A stretch of DNA of 57,226 nucleotides, the filler included, from Stramenopiles sp. TOSAG23-6 (Eukaryota), in NCBI GenBank assembly GCA_900128565.1. It is 27 parts of 27 records of this genome, joined end to end, with 100 filler letters (N's around TTAATTAATTAA, not from the genome) between each part and the next. Parts side by side here need not be neighbours in the genome. Positions count along the whole stretch, not along the records: positions 38,400 to 47,767 come from LT636376.1; positions 47,868 to 57,226 come from LT636377.1; 25 more parts are not named here. One strand, given 5' to 3'. Positions 45,015-54,768 of this stretch are shown here, piece by piece. Position 1 is the stretch's first letter. Each line of letters starts with the position of its first letter. Made by a program: the position numbers and the translations under genes. The notes under the pieces were generated by a model. That model ran no database searches, was not told where the DNA came from, and worked only from the letters and a program-made list of their open reading frames with translations.

Positions 45015-46550
45015 TTAACGAAAACGTCGCATTCGTTGCAAGTAAGCAAAATACAATGCTCCTGTAAAAACCCCAATCGCAGCGACTACTAAAATTTTCT
45101 TGGTTGTTGTTGTGTGATTACTTGAAGTGAAATCTATGTCTAATTCATCCAACCCATGGTTCTCTTCGTATTCAACAATTTTCTTTGAGGCCCTAGCAAG
45201 TGGTGACATAAGTACTGGTTCAGGTGGAGTATTTGCTAAATTATCTTCACTGCGAACATTACTGTTTGAAGACCCAACAAGAGATGACATGGTTATTGTT
45301 TCTGGTCTAGCATTAAGTGAAGAGTCTTTACTCTCACTCTCCACATCAGACGCTGCAGATATTGCTAATGGTTTGGTTAATAATGATTGGTTAAGTTCCT
45401 TCAGATTAGGGTTAGGAATTCTGTACACAGGCCAAGGAGGTAGTAGTGTACTTTGTCTGAAACTCAATTCAGATTTCACTTTTGCCATGTATAAAAGCCA
45501 CAACCAAAGTTCAGGAGCTGAATAAACATTTTTTCCCCAATTTCGTTTTGATGCACGTTTTGACGTAGAAATATCTGTTTTTCGTGGGCTTGTAGGATGT
45601 CTTTCGCGTAATGTACTTTGAGTGTGAACTACATTTTCGTTCCCAAGTTTTCTCAAGGACTCCGCGAGGAGCAAACTTTTTTTACATTCAAAAGTATGAT
45701 CAATTTCTAAAAACCAAAAGGGGACATTCTTTGCCTTCTCTGCCCAGCAGCAATTTCCTTCTCCACCAAGTACAATAGCTGCAGTCCATTTTGAACTGTT
45801 TTGAATAGTTGTGTTTTCATCTTGTTTTGTTTTTTCTTTTTTATTTGTTTCTTCTCTAACTACAACTTGCCACGCACCTTTACCTCCAAGTTTATCAAAC
45901 CCCGAAATAAATACGGCATTTCGGTCGACTTTTTCAGTATCTAAAATATGATCGCGCAATTCGTGTATTGCGAAGCAGACAGCTGGCATATCCCATGTTG
46001 TTCGTCGCATGAGTAATGGAGCAATAATTATAAAAGGCATTCCATTTAGGATTTCCCCTTTTCGAAGCAATGATGGCAAAACTCCTTTTTTGATTAAGTT
46101 TGAGAAATTATGATCTATATGTAATCCGTGGAGGTAAAACAGGACGGGCCATGTTTTATTTTCATGTGTAGTATATCCAGGTGGAGTAAAAATGGCATAC
46201 TTGACACGCTGATTTTTCGACCGGGAGTCGATTTTGGTCGAAAACCACCTGTCTTCAAGGGTGCTACCACCAGCACTCCAGCTCACTGGGAACTCAAGAT
46301 CATCTCCTGTATAACCAGCACAGTTCATATGTTCTATTGGGCTGAAATCGTTCCAACCAGGTGGAGGTTCTTTTGAAGAAATGTCTATATTTCCACTTAC
46401 TGATTTTTTATTTTTTGTGTTGATTGTTAGTGCAGATTTGAGTCTTTTTCCTAGTCCTTTAATTTTGAGCTTTTCACGTTCCAAGAATTTCTTTTTCTCC
46501 ACAACTGTCGATTGTGTCTTCTCATCTACAGTATTATTATTCACCTGCAT
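45015..46550 (-). CDS. Alpha/beta-hydrolase-fold protein (esterase/peptidase-like) with a C-terminal TM anchor
   Basis: Y.IFTPPGY....WPVLFYLHG, PFIIIAP, VDRNAVFISG, VPFW. Confidence 0.75.
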   Translation of the reverse strand: MQVNNNTVDEKTQSTVVEKKKFLEREKLKIKGLGKRLKSALTINTKNKKSVSGNIDISSKEPPPGWNDFSPIEHMNCAGYTGDDLEFPVSWSAGGSTLEDRWFSTKIDSRSKNQRVKYAIFTPPGYTTHENKTWPVLFYLHGLHIDHNFSNLIKKGVLPSLLRKGEILNGMPFIIIAPLLMRRTTWDMPAVCFAIHELRDHILDTEKVDRNAVFISGFDKLGGKGAWQVVVREETNKKEKTKQDENTTIQNSSKWTAAIVLGGEGNCCWAEKAKNVPFWFLEIDHTFECKKSLLLAESLRKLGNENVVHTQSTLRERHPTSPRKTDISTSKRASKRNWGKNVYSAPELWLWLLYMAKVKSELSFRQSTLLPPWPVYRIPNPNLKELNQSLLTKPLAISAASDVESESKDSSLNARPETITMSSLVGSSNSNVRSEDNLANTPPEPVLMSPLARASKKIVEYEENHGLDELDIDFTSSNHTTTTKKILVVAAIGVFTGALYFAYLQRMRRFR

Positions 46551-46816
46551 AGTACTTGCGATTTCAATACTCAATATATGTGCAGAGAGAACTTCTGGTC
46601 CCAGAGGAAACAAAAACGGATACGATAGGTACGTACGTTTTTTTTATTTTTATGAAACTGTTTGTTCGAAAATGAACGTTACAAATCGAAATAATACTTA
46701 GTAAGCTACAAACTGAAATCTAAATCATTATTACATTAACATTGACTGTTCTGTGAGTAATATCTACTTTATAAATTAGAACAAATAACCTGAGGCAAAG
46801 CATAGAAGAATATAAA

Positions 46817-47530
46817 ATGTCCGAATCGGCAAAGAAAACAGTTTTGGAAGTGTTTGGTGGCGCAACTGAAGTTCCCGAAGTTTCAAATAGGAGTAATTCA
46901 TCTGGCACTTCCTCTAGCTCAAGTAGTGCTAAGTCTACAGCTCGTTCTACAGCTCGTTCTACAGCTCGTTCTACAGCTCGTTCTACAGCTCGTTCTACAA
47001 GTCGATCCACTGGTCGATCTACAAAAAAAAGTCAAAACAGCAAATCTTCAAAATCAGTACGTACAAATAGGTCAAATAGGTCTAGTAATACAAGTCGATC
47101 AAGTCGATCAAGTACTACTGGAAGATCAACTCTCAGTAGTTTGTCTTCTTTATCGAGCACAGATCGTTCTGATATAAGTACAGACCGTAGCACACTAACC
47201 ACAGGAAGTTCAACTTGGAGAACTGGAAAGACTGGTAGATCTATTTCAACGACACAGCNAACGGATTTAACCACAAGTATAAATCTTTTACAGCAGCGAA
47301 AGGCAGATATTGAGGAGAAGTTACGTCAAGTAGACAAACAACTATTGGAGTCTTTGCCACAAAAAAAACCTTACAAAGCAAATCGTCCATTTGCAAATTA
47401 TCCTACTACATACCGGATGGAAGAGCATTTGAGTGCTTTAAGTAACAGAAGTGTTCAATCAGAAGGAAAACAAAATAGCACAGCCAGGCGAAAAGGAATT
47501 GAAAGTTTAGAAAAAACAAGGCCTTGGTGA
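46817..47530 (+). CDS. Ser/Thr/Arg-rich low-complexity protein with a 12-bp (STAR) tandem repeat and short coiled coil
   Basis: TCTACAGCTCGT x5 at ~46934-46999. Confidence 0.65.
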   Translation: MSESAKKTVLEVFGGATEVPEVSNRSNSSGTSSSSSSAKSTARSTARSTARSTARSTARSTSRSTGRSTKKSQNSKSSKSVRTNRSNRSSNTSRSSRSSTTGRSTLSSLSSLSSTDRSDISTDRSTLTTGSSTWRTGKTGRSISTTQXTDLTTSINLLQQRKADIEEKLRQVDKQLLESLPQKKPYKANRPFANYPTTYRMEEHLSALSNRSVQSEGKQNSTARRKGIESLEKTRPW

Positions 47531-47867
47531 CAACTCAAAAAAAATAGTAGTAGATATTTTACGGAATTTGATATGAAAAATAGAATAGTATGTATGAATA
47601 AGTAATCGAATATACATCAATAAACACAAACATGTTTTTTTTTAATCCAATATACTATATATTTATTCAGAATTAGAAGTATATACATATACTTTTTTTT
47701 TTTTTTTTTTTTTTACCAAAAGTTTTACCTAAAATTTTTTTTTTTTTAATATTTTTTCACAATACTTNNNNNNNNNNNNNNNNNNNNNNNNNNNNNNNNN
47801 NNNNNNNNNNNTTAATTAATTAANNNNNNNNNNNNNNNNNNNNNNNNNNNNNNNNNNNNNNNNNNNN

Positions 47868-48039
47868 CTGCCCCGGCAACACTGGCAACAAGGTCACCGT
47901 TTTCAACATATGTACCGTGACCACGAAGCAAGCCTTCATGTGCAGTTACACATTCACCTGGAACAACCACAATCTCATTAGTTGTTCCCGGCGAATGAGA
48001 TAGAGATATATTATCTCGTAAAATGTGCACGGTAGTCAT
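47868..48039 (-). CDS. RRP4: Exosome complex component RRP4, 5' fragment
   Basis: VVPGE......LRGHGTY.....LVASVAG. Confidence 0.88.
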
Positions 48040-48321
48040 GCTTGTGCTTCCGCTCTCTTCATGGAATGAGTCGATCGATAACGAGGTGTTTTCTCAGATG
48101 AATGGCTCGTGATTTTTCCACGTGTGCGCTGAATATATATATGTTCGAGTTACCCGGTCACCGCATCGAATCAAATTCGTGCGTTACAGACCGTTAAACT
48201 ATTCGTAATGCAATTAAATTCGTAATATACACTCAATAAATTTATTTTCTAGTACTACGGTACTCTAGTTGTAGCCGACTGAGCTACGCATATAGCAGTA
48301 AATGACTTAAAAAAGAAAAGC

Positions 48322-51314
48322 ATGTCTCTATGGAAATCTGAAATTAGTGAGAAAAAAATATCGGAAAGTAAAGATACCTTAAAGCTGCGGTGTTCAAAGT
48401 GTGAATTTCCAGCGGTAAAAGGTTGCCGAAATTGTGGTTTATATGGATTACTTTATTGTTCAGCCTGTCTGTCAGACCATTCTACACATCCTCGATTTAG
48501 TACTCATAAACCATGTACAATAATAGAGTTGAATACATATAATAAAGCGCAAAAGGAGTGGGCTGATAAATATAGGAAACGGCAAAAACAGAAAGTACTA
48601 GAAGAATCTGAGAAAAGAGACATTATAAAGAAAAAACAGTTGCAACTATCAAGGACACAACATAGACGCCGTGTTCAGACTTCAGAAATCTCTCATCATT
48701 TCAAAAATTCAACACATAGTACTTCAAAAATAGTTATCTTTAAGTTTGCTTCAGGATCTCGCTATGAAGGTGAAATACTTGATAAAGCTCTTTCTGGTGG
48801 GCAAAACACACCAAATGGATACGGTGAGCTATTTGCCTCAGAAACTTCGCATCCACCAGGTCATCTACAATACGAAGGAATGTGGCGTCAAGGTTTACGT
48901 TGGGGTAAAGGGACACGTTTTTGGCCTGATGGAGGTAGATGGGAAGGTAGTTATAAACAAGATCAAATGCATGGATCCGGTAGATATTATAAGTTTACGA
49001 AGGGTGATCCAGTTCCTATAGTTGATTGGTGGTACTATAGATATAATAGAAGAGTTGCCACTTGGCAAGACCTTGTATGTGGAACCCGTATAAGTGTAGT
49101 GGGCAGGAAAGGTTTACCACCCAGATGTGCTACTCTCGTAGCTCGTGATAGTACTAAACATCACCACAGAGTAAAGTATGATAATGGAGTTTATGCTGCT
49201 TGGCATGACCTTGGATCCCTAAATTTTACAGTAATTCATGATCAACCATTAGTAGATATGCCAGAAAATATGAAAATGATTCCTCATAAAAAAAATACTC
49301 CTTTAAGAGAAATATCTCGTATTGATAGGTTTAATGATATAATCTCTTCTCTGGGGAGTAAATCATCACTAAGAAGTAATATTGTTAAGGATATCGCACA
49401 ACGCAAAAGTCACATACAAAATGCATTAAAAATGATTAAAAAGGTTGGTGCTCGAAAACAGAAGAAACTTCGAGAATCCATTGACATGCATAATACTGCT
49501 ATACATAAACTACAAAAAAGTTTAAATAAGTTATTGAAAGATGTTTCCATGAGCTATGGTATTACCGATACATGTCTCAGACACCCATCTATATCATCTG
49601 AGTGGCCGCTTAACACAGATAATGCACAATGGGGTCACTTGAGAGAAGCGCCATTCATGCAAAGTAATAATCTCTCTGCACCTTCGAAGTCTTCATTTAT
49701 ATTCAAATCTCGGCGTAGTATTGAAGAAGATCTAAGGCTTGCCGAATTAATGTCTCCGAATAGTGGAGAAAATTCTCGACCAGAAACAGCACAGGAAAAA
49801 CTTGTAAAACATCATCAAGCTAGAATGTCGAATATAGCGAAATTATCTGAAAGGAAATTACGTGCAAATACATCTCACAAAAGAAGGATGCAGATGAAGA
49901 GTCTGGAAGAAAGATGTAGAAAATCATCAAAACGAAATCTACCTAATTTAACTCCTCTCACACTTAAACTATTAAAACGAGCTGATCCTGCAACTGGTGG
50001 TGTTATAAGAGACGCACTTCGTAAAATTGGTGATCCTCGACTAGAATATTTTGAAAATGATGATAGGAAAAAGGTTCATTGCGATGATAATTGTCAGGAT
50101 CTATATGACGGCGAGGATCAATATCTAGACGGCGAGGATGCTCATGATTACGGCGAGGATGAATATGATGAACTCAGTGATGGTGAGGATACATATGATG
50201 ATGGTGAAGATAAATATGATGATGGTGAAGATGATGCTCATGATAGCGGGATTATTAAAAAGAATAGTTTGTCAAACCAAGTTAATGACTATGACCATAA
50301 TATGAAGAATAACATTGAAAAAAGTAAAGTAACAAATGATATTCAGATTAGTAGAGATAGTTTTACTGTACAAAAACCTGTAAATAAGGGACAGGAAGAA
50401 GTAAAAGCACCGAAATGGATTACTAAGAATAAAGCTACGACTAACCCCATCTTAGGCAATAATAAGGTAAAAATGTTTTTTCCTAATAATGACAGTACGC
50501 CAAAGATGAGTGAAGCTTTGGTTAGCGGTGCGAATAATAATGTAGAGAAGGTAATACTAAGTAAAAGTGATAAAACTACAACTAATCCAAGAAAAAGTTT
50601 AATCGAAGCTTCCAATAGTAAAAGTGATAAAACTACAACTAATCCAAGCAAAAGTTTAATCGAAGCTTCCAATAGTACCGATGCTCGTAAGATTTCAGAG
50701 CTCATTATTCATAATAAAAACATGGATAATAAGAATCCTGTTAGAGTTGATAATAAAATTAGGAAATCGTCAACCTTTGGAAGTGGAATCCGCACACTTC
50801 ATTACTACAAGTCTAAATGGAGGTTACAACCTCATTTTGGACTAAAAACGCCTTTATTGAAACTTCCAAATAAGGCGCATACATTAGTAAAGGATATTCT
50901 AAATGTAACAAGTACTCGAATAGCAGTTATGGCAGGGGGGGGGGGGCAACTAAAAATCAAAAAAGCGTTGTGGGTAGTTCAATATATGGAAAACAGACAA
51001 AAGATCGAGTTAAATGTTCATCACTTGTGGATGGTGATGCATTTAGATCATTTAGACATCTACGTAGATTTCATAGCAGGCGTATAAGAGGTCTAAAGAA
51101 TGCATTAGATGTTGCGAATGAAATAAAAGTAGATGTGGAATATAAAGAAGAAAATGACACTGAAGAAATTTCATTTGAGGGAGAAAAAAATACAGCAAAG
51201 CAAAAAATTAAGTATCAAGACGATGGAACTGAAATAAGTTGTCAAAATATTACAGTTAGTACTCCAAGAAAACGCATTGTTCAAACTATTAGAGACGCTT
51301 TTGAAAAGTGGTAA
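48322..51314 (+). CDS. B-box zinc finger plus MORN-repeat protein; probable frameshift at a G12 run (50935-50946)
   Basis: C..C...C..C...YC..C...H....H; YEGMWRQGLRWGKG, WEGSYKQDQMHGSG. Confidence 0.75.
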
Positions 51315-51354
51315 TTTCCACAAAATTAAGTTTTTTAATAAATAAATTATTGTT

Positions 51355-52845
51355 TCATAATTCTAAATGTTTTTTCGTAAGACTCTGCAATTTCTTCATG
51401 AAATATAAATGTAAAGTCTTAAATAGTCGTTTTTGTTGTACACGAAACAAAATTGCTGTTCGTTGATTATCCGAAACTTCCACCACTTCCTTCAAAATGT
51501 TTTGAAGTAAAGTTTCATCGGTGCTTTCATCATTTACATATGAAGAGTTAATTTTCACATCTAGTAAATTTGTGATCATCTGTAAAGCATCGACGTTGTT
51601 TTTGGTGCTATATTCACCTTTAAAAATTTTACTTTGCCCTGAACTATCGTTCAGTAATTGTAAAGCAGTTTCAACAGGTAATTTCATTAATCGAGCATGT
51701 ACTGTGATTTTTTTTTACGGAAAATAAATCGTTAGGTATAAAATTTGGTACGAAAAAAAAATAAATTTGAAATTCAAAAAAATAAAACAAACATGAGACT
51801 CAATGGATTGTACTTCTCTATCCAAATTATTCAATTTGCCATCCATGAATTTTTTTAATTCCAAAGATTGAATAATTAATCTAGGCATAATCCTCATTTG
51901 GCGAAATATTGGGAACAATGACTTGTCTGGCATTGGCATCTCCAGCTCTATCGTATCATACGAATTATCTTCAAGTACAAAACCATGGTATAAAAGATTA
52001 TGTTGGTTTGAAGAACCATAGTTTTCAAAAAGCTGGTCACCACTCTTCACAGACCAAATTGACTTCGTTATTGTTTCTGTTTTCCCGTTTGTATTTGTTA
52101 TTTTTTCTGTCCTGTGTACTTTCGTGGGGTGATTTTTGTTATTGACCATATCAAGCATAGGTAAAAAACTACGGTGGCGACCATTAATCCAAATTGTTCT
52201 AGAATCGACAAGTGCATTGAGCCACAAATAAATGTCATAATTCCAACTATTTCTTGGCTTTTCTCCAAACAAATGTGAATTTTCGGCAATAATATTATTT
52301 AATTGATTCCATTCATTTTTTGTCTTCTGCTTGTACTCTTTAGATAACTTATCCACATCTGTTCCTCGAAGCTCCTTTAGTTCATCTTCGTCCCAAAATA
52401 TAGGTATGTTAAAACTTGCAGGGAGTGTGTCAATATATGGTTTCCAGAACGATGGATCAGAATCAGGTCGATTTAATTCATAATACATAAAAAACATCAG
52501 AATGTGTGCAACGTCTAGCTTGTATTTCTGCTGTAACTCACGGAAGTCTTCACCGACGTCAGAGGCATAGATTGAATCTTCGTTGATTATTAGATGCCAA
52601 GGAAGGCGCAGATAGTCTTCACCTATAGCAATATCGAATCGAGCTCGTGTACCCATGCGAAAACCTGGGATTTCAGCCAGTTCAATTTTACACCACTCCT
52701 TCCCATTATTTGAGTCAATCCAATCGTTGAAATTCTTGGCAAGGGACGATGGAGTTCCTGAACCAACGTACGTCGTTGCAATCAAGCCAATAGCCGTAAC
52801 AGAAGGCGAAAGTAACAGAAACAATACATAAACAAGCAAATACAT
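51355..52845 (-). CDS. SET-domain protein-lysine methyltransferase (Rubisco LSMT/SETD3-like); exons 52845-51793 and 51696-51355, GT-AT intron at 51792-51697
   Basis: SFWKPYIDTLP, PIFW...EL..L.GT, SR, PMLDMVN, GDQLFENYG...LL.HGF. Confidence 0.88.
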
Positions 52846-53101
52846 TATTTAGTTTAAAGATGAACAGCGAAGTGATATTAAATTACCCTAATTTAATTGA
52901 AAGAAAGTTACCTTCAATCGAACAATTATTATTCCGAATCTAAATCTCAAATAAATCTATCCGCGAACTCCGCGAATCTTGAAAACCTGAAAAAATGGGA
53001 GAAAACGAAAAATAGAAAATTTGAAAATTAACATCAGATTATTTATTCTCAAAAATCCATTTTATTGTGAGTAAAAATAAATAAATATAGCTCATAATAA
53101 A

Positions 53102-54640
53102 ATGGACGAAGGCCTTCCTTTGGAACTTGTTGATTTTTTGAATGAAGCATGGACTCCGTTTCACGCAGTCGCACGTGTTGCTCGTGAGTTGCGTAACGCA
53201 GGCTTTGTCGAGTTGGATGAAAGAAAAGACTGGTCCCAGGATATCAAGAAAGGAGGCAGATACTTCTTCACACGGAATCACTCTTCACTTGTTTCTTTTG
53301 CAGTAGGTTCAAAATTCGAACCAGGAAATGGTTTTATAACTATTGGAACTCACACAGATAGCCCGTGTCCTAAATTAAAACCTGTTAGCAAACTAAATAA
53401 AAGTAAGCACTTAATGCTTGGTGTGCAATGTTACGGTGGAGGTCTCTGGACTACTTGGTTTGATCGTGATCTTACCATTGCTGGTCGCGTAGTTGTTCGC
53501 CGGCCTGGTGGTAATTTTTCTCACGAGCTTGTGAAGGTATCTAGACCAATTTGTCGGATTCCAATGCTTGCGGTGCATTTAGCCCGAGGAACAGGTACTG
53601 ATTTTAAGTTAAACACAGAAACAGATTTTGCACCTGTACTTGCCACCGAACTCAAGACTGCACTTGACAACGCAGATGGTGATTTCTCTGAGTCAAAGGG
53701 GGGAAGTTTGACACATCATCATTTACTTTTAAAACTAATAGGAGATGAGCTAAAGTGTAATGTCAACGATATAGCTGATTTCGAACTTCAATTGTGCGAT
53801 ACTCAACCCTCTGTCATTGGTGGGGCTCTGAAGGAATTTATATTCAGTGGTCGCTTAGATAATTTAGCATCATGCTTTATGGCAATGCGCTCTCTTGTTG
53901 ACAGCACTAGTGATATGGACCTTGTAAATGAAACTTCTGTAAGAATGATTTGTATGTTCGATAACGAAGAGGTAGGTAGTTCTAGTGCTCACGGTGCATG
54001 TGCTCCTATAATTATGGATACAATTCGTCGAGTCACCGGTGTTTTTTCGCAGGAAACTGGGGTCAATGAGCGAGCCGTACAATCATCATTCCTTATTAGT
54101 TGTGATATGGCTCATGCGGTGCATCCTAATTATTCATCAAAACATGAGTCAAATCATACGCCTCAGTTTCATAGAGGAATGGTCATAAAATACAATGCAA
54201 ATCAAAGATATGCGACCACAGCTGTAACGGCATTTCTGTTTAAAGAGCTAGGTGCCATGGCTGAAGGAGGGGGTTGCCCAGTTCAAGAATTTGTCGTGAG
54301 AAATGATTGTGCCTGTGGAAGCACTATTGGGCCAATCATATCTGGTAGAACAGGACTGCGCACTGTAGACGTTGGAGCGCCGCAGGTCTGTTTTGATTCA
54401 AATTATCATTTTAAATTTTTTTCTTCTACTTTGACAAATTCATTCTCACAAAAAAAAAAACGTATATATATTCACACAAAGAAGTGGTCAATGCATAGTT
54501 GTAGAGAAGTAATGGGCACAGGTGATGTCATTCATGGTGTTCGCCATTTCCGGTCATGTTTTAAAAATTTCTCACTTCTCAACAAAAAAATTCAAGTAGA
54601 TGCAATACCTGGGATTTCATTCTGTCAGCCTTTACCATAA
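53102..54640 (+). CDS. DNPEP: Aspartyl aminopeptidase (M18); canonical GT-AG intron at 54386-54484
   Basis: TPFHAV, HTDSP, WFDRDL, RLDNL, FDNEEVGS, DMAHAVHPNY, GSTIGP, GAPQ|WSMHS. Confidence 0.95.
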   Translation: MDEGLPLELVDFLNEAWTPFHAVARVARELRNAGFVELDERKDWSQDIKKGGRYFFTRNHSSLVSFAVGSKFEPGNGFITIGTHTDSPCPKLKPVSKLNKSKHLMLGVQCYGGGLWTTWFDRDLTIAGRVVVRRPGGNFSHELVKVSRPICRIPMLAVHLARGTGTDFKLNTETDFAPVLATELKTALDNADGDFSESKGGSLTHHHLLLKLIGDELKCNVNDIADFELQLCDTQPSVIGGALKEFIFSGRLDNLASCFMAMRSLVDSTSDMDLVNETSVRMICMFDNEEVGSSSAHGACAPIIMDTIRRVTGVFSQETGVNERAVQSSFLISCDMAHAVHPNYSSKHESNHTPQFHRGMVIKYNANQRYATTAVTAFLFKELGAMAEGGGCPVQEFVVRNDCACGSTIGPIISGRTGLRTVDVGAPQVCFDSNYHFKFFSSTLTNSFSQKKKRIYIHTKKWSMHSCREVMGTGDVIHGVRHFRSCFKNFSLLNKKIQVDAIPGISFCQPLP

Positions 54641-54768
54641 TCATACATAGTATAAGCTCTTGTAGAATAATTATATGACTTAATGAGTATTCGCGCACCA
54701 GAATTAGAATCAAAAGAGAATACCTACATACCTACATGTGTTTTTGTAAATATTGTTGAAATAAAAAT

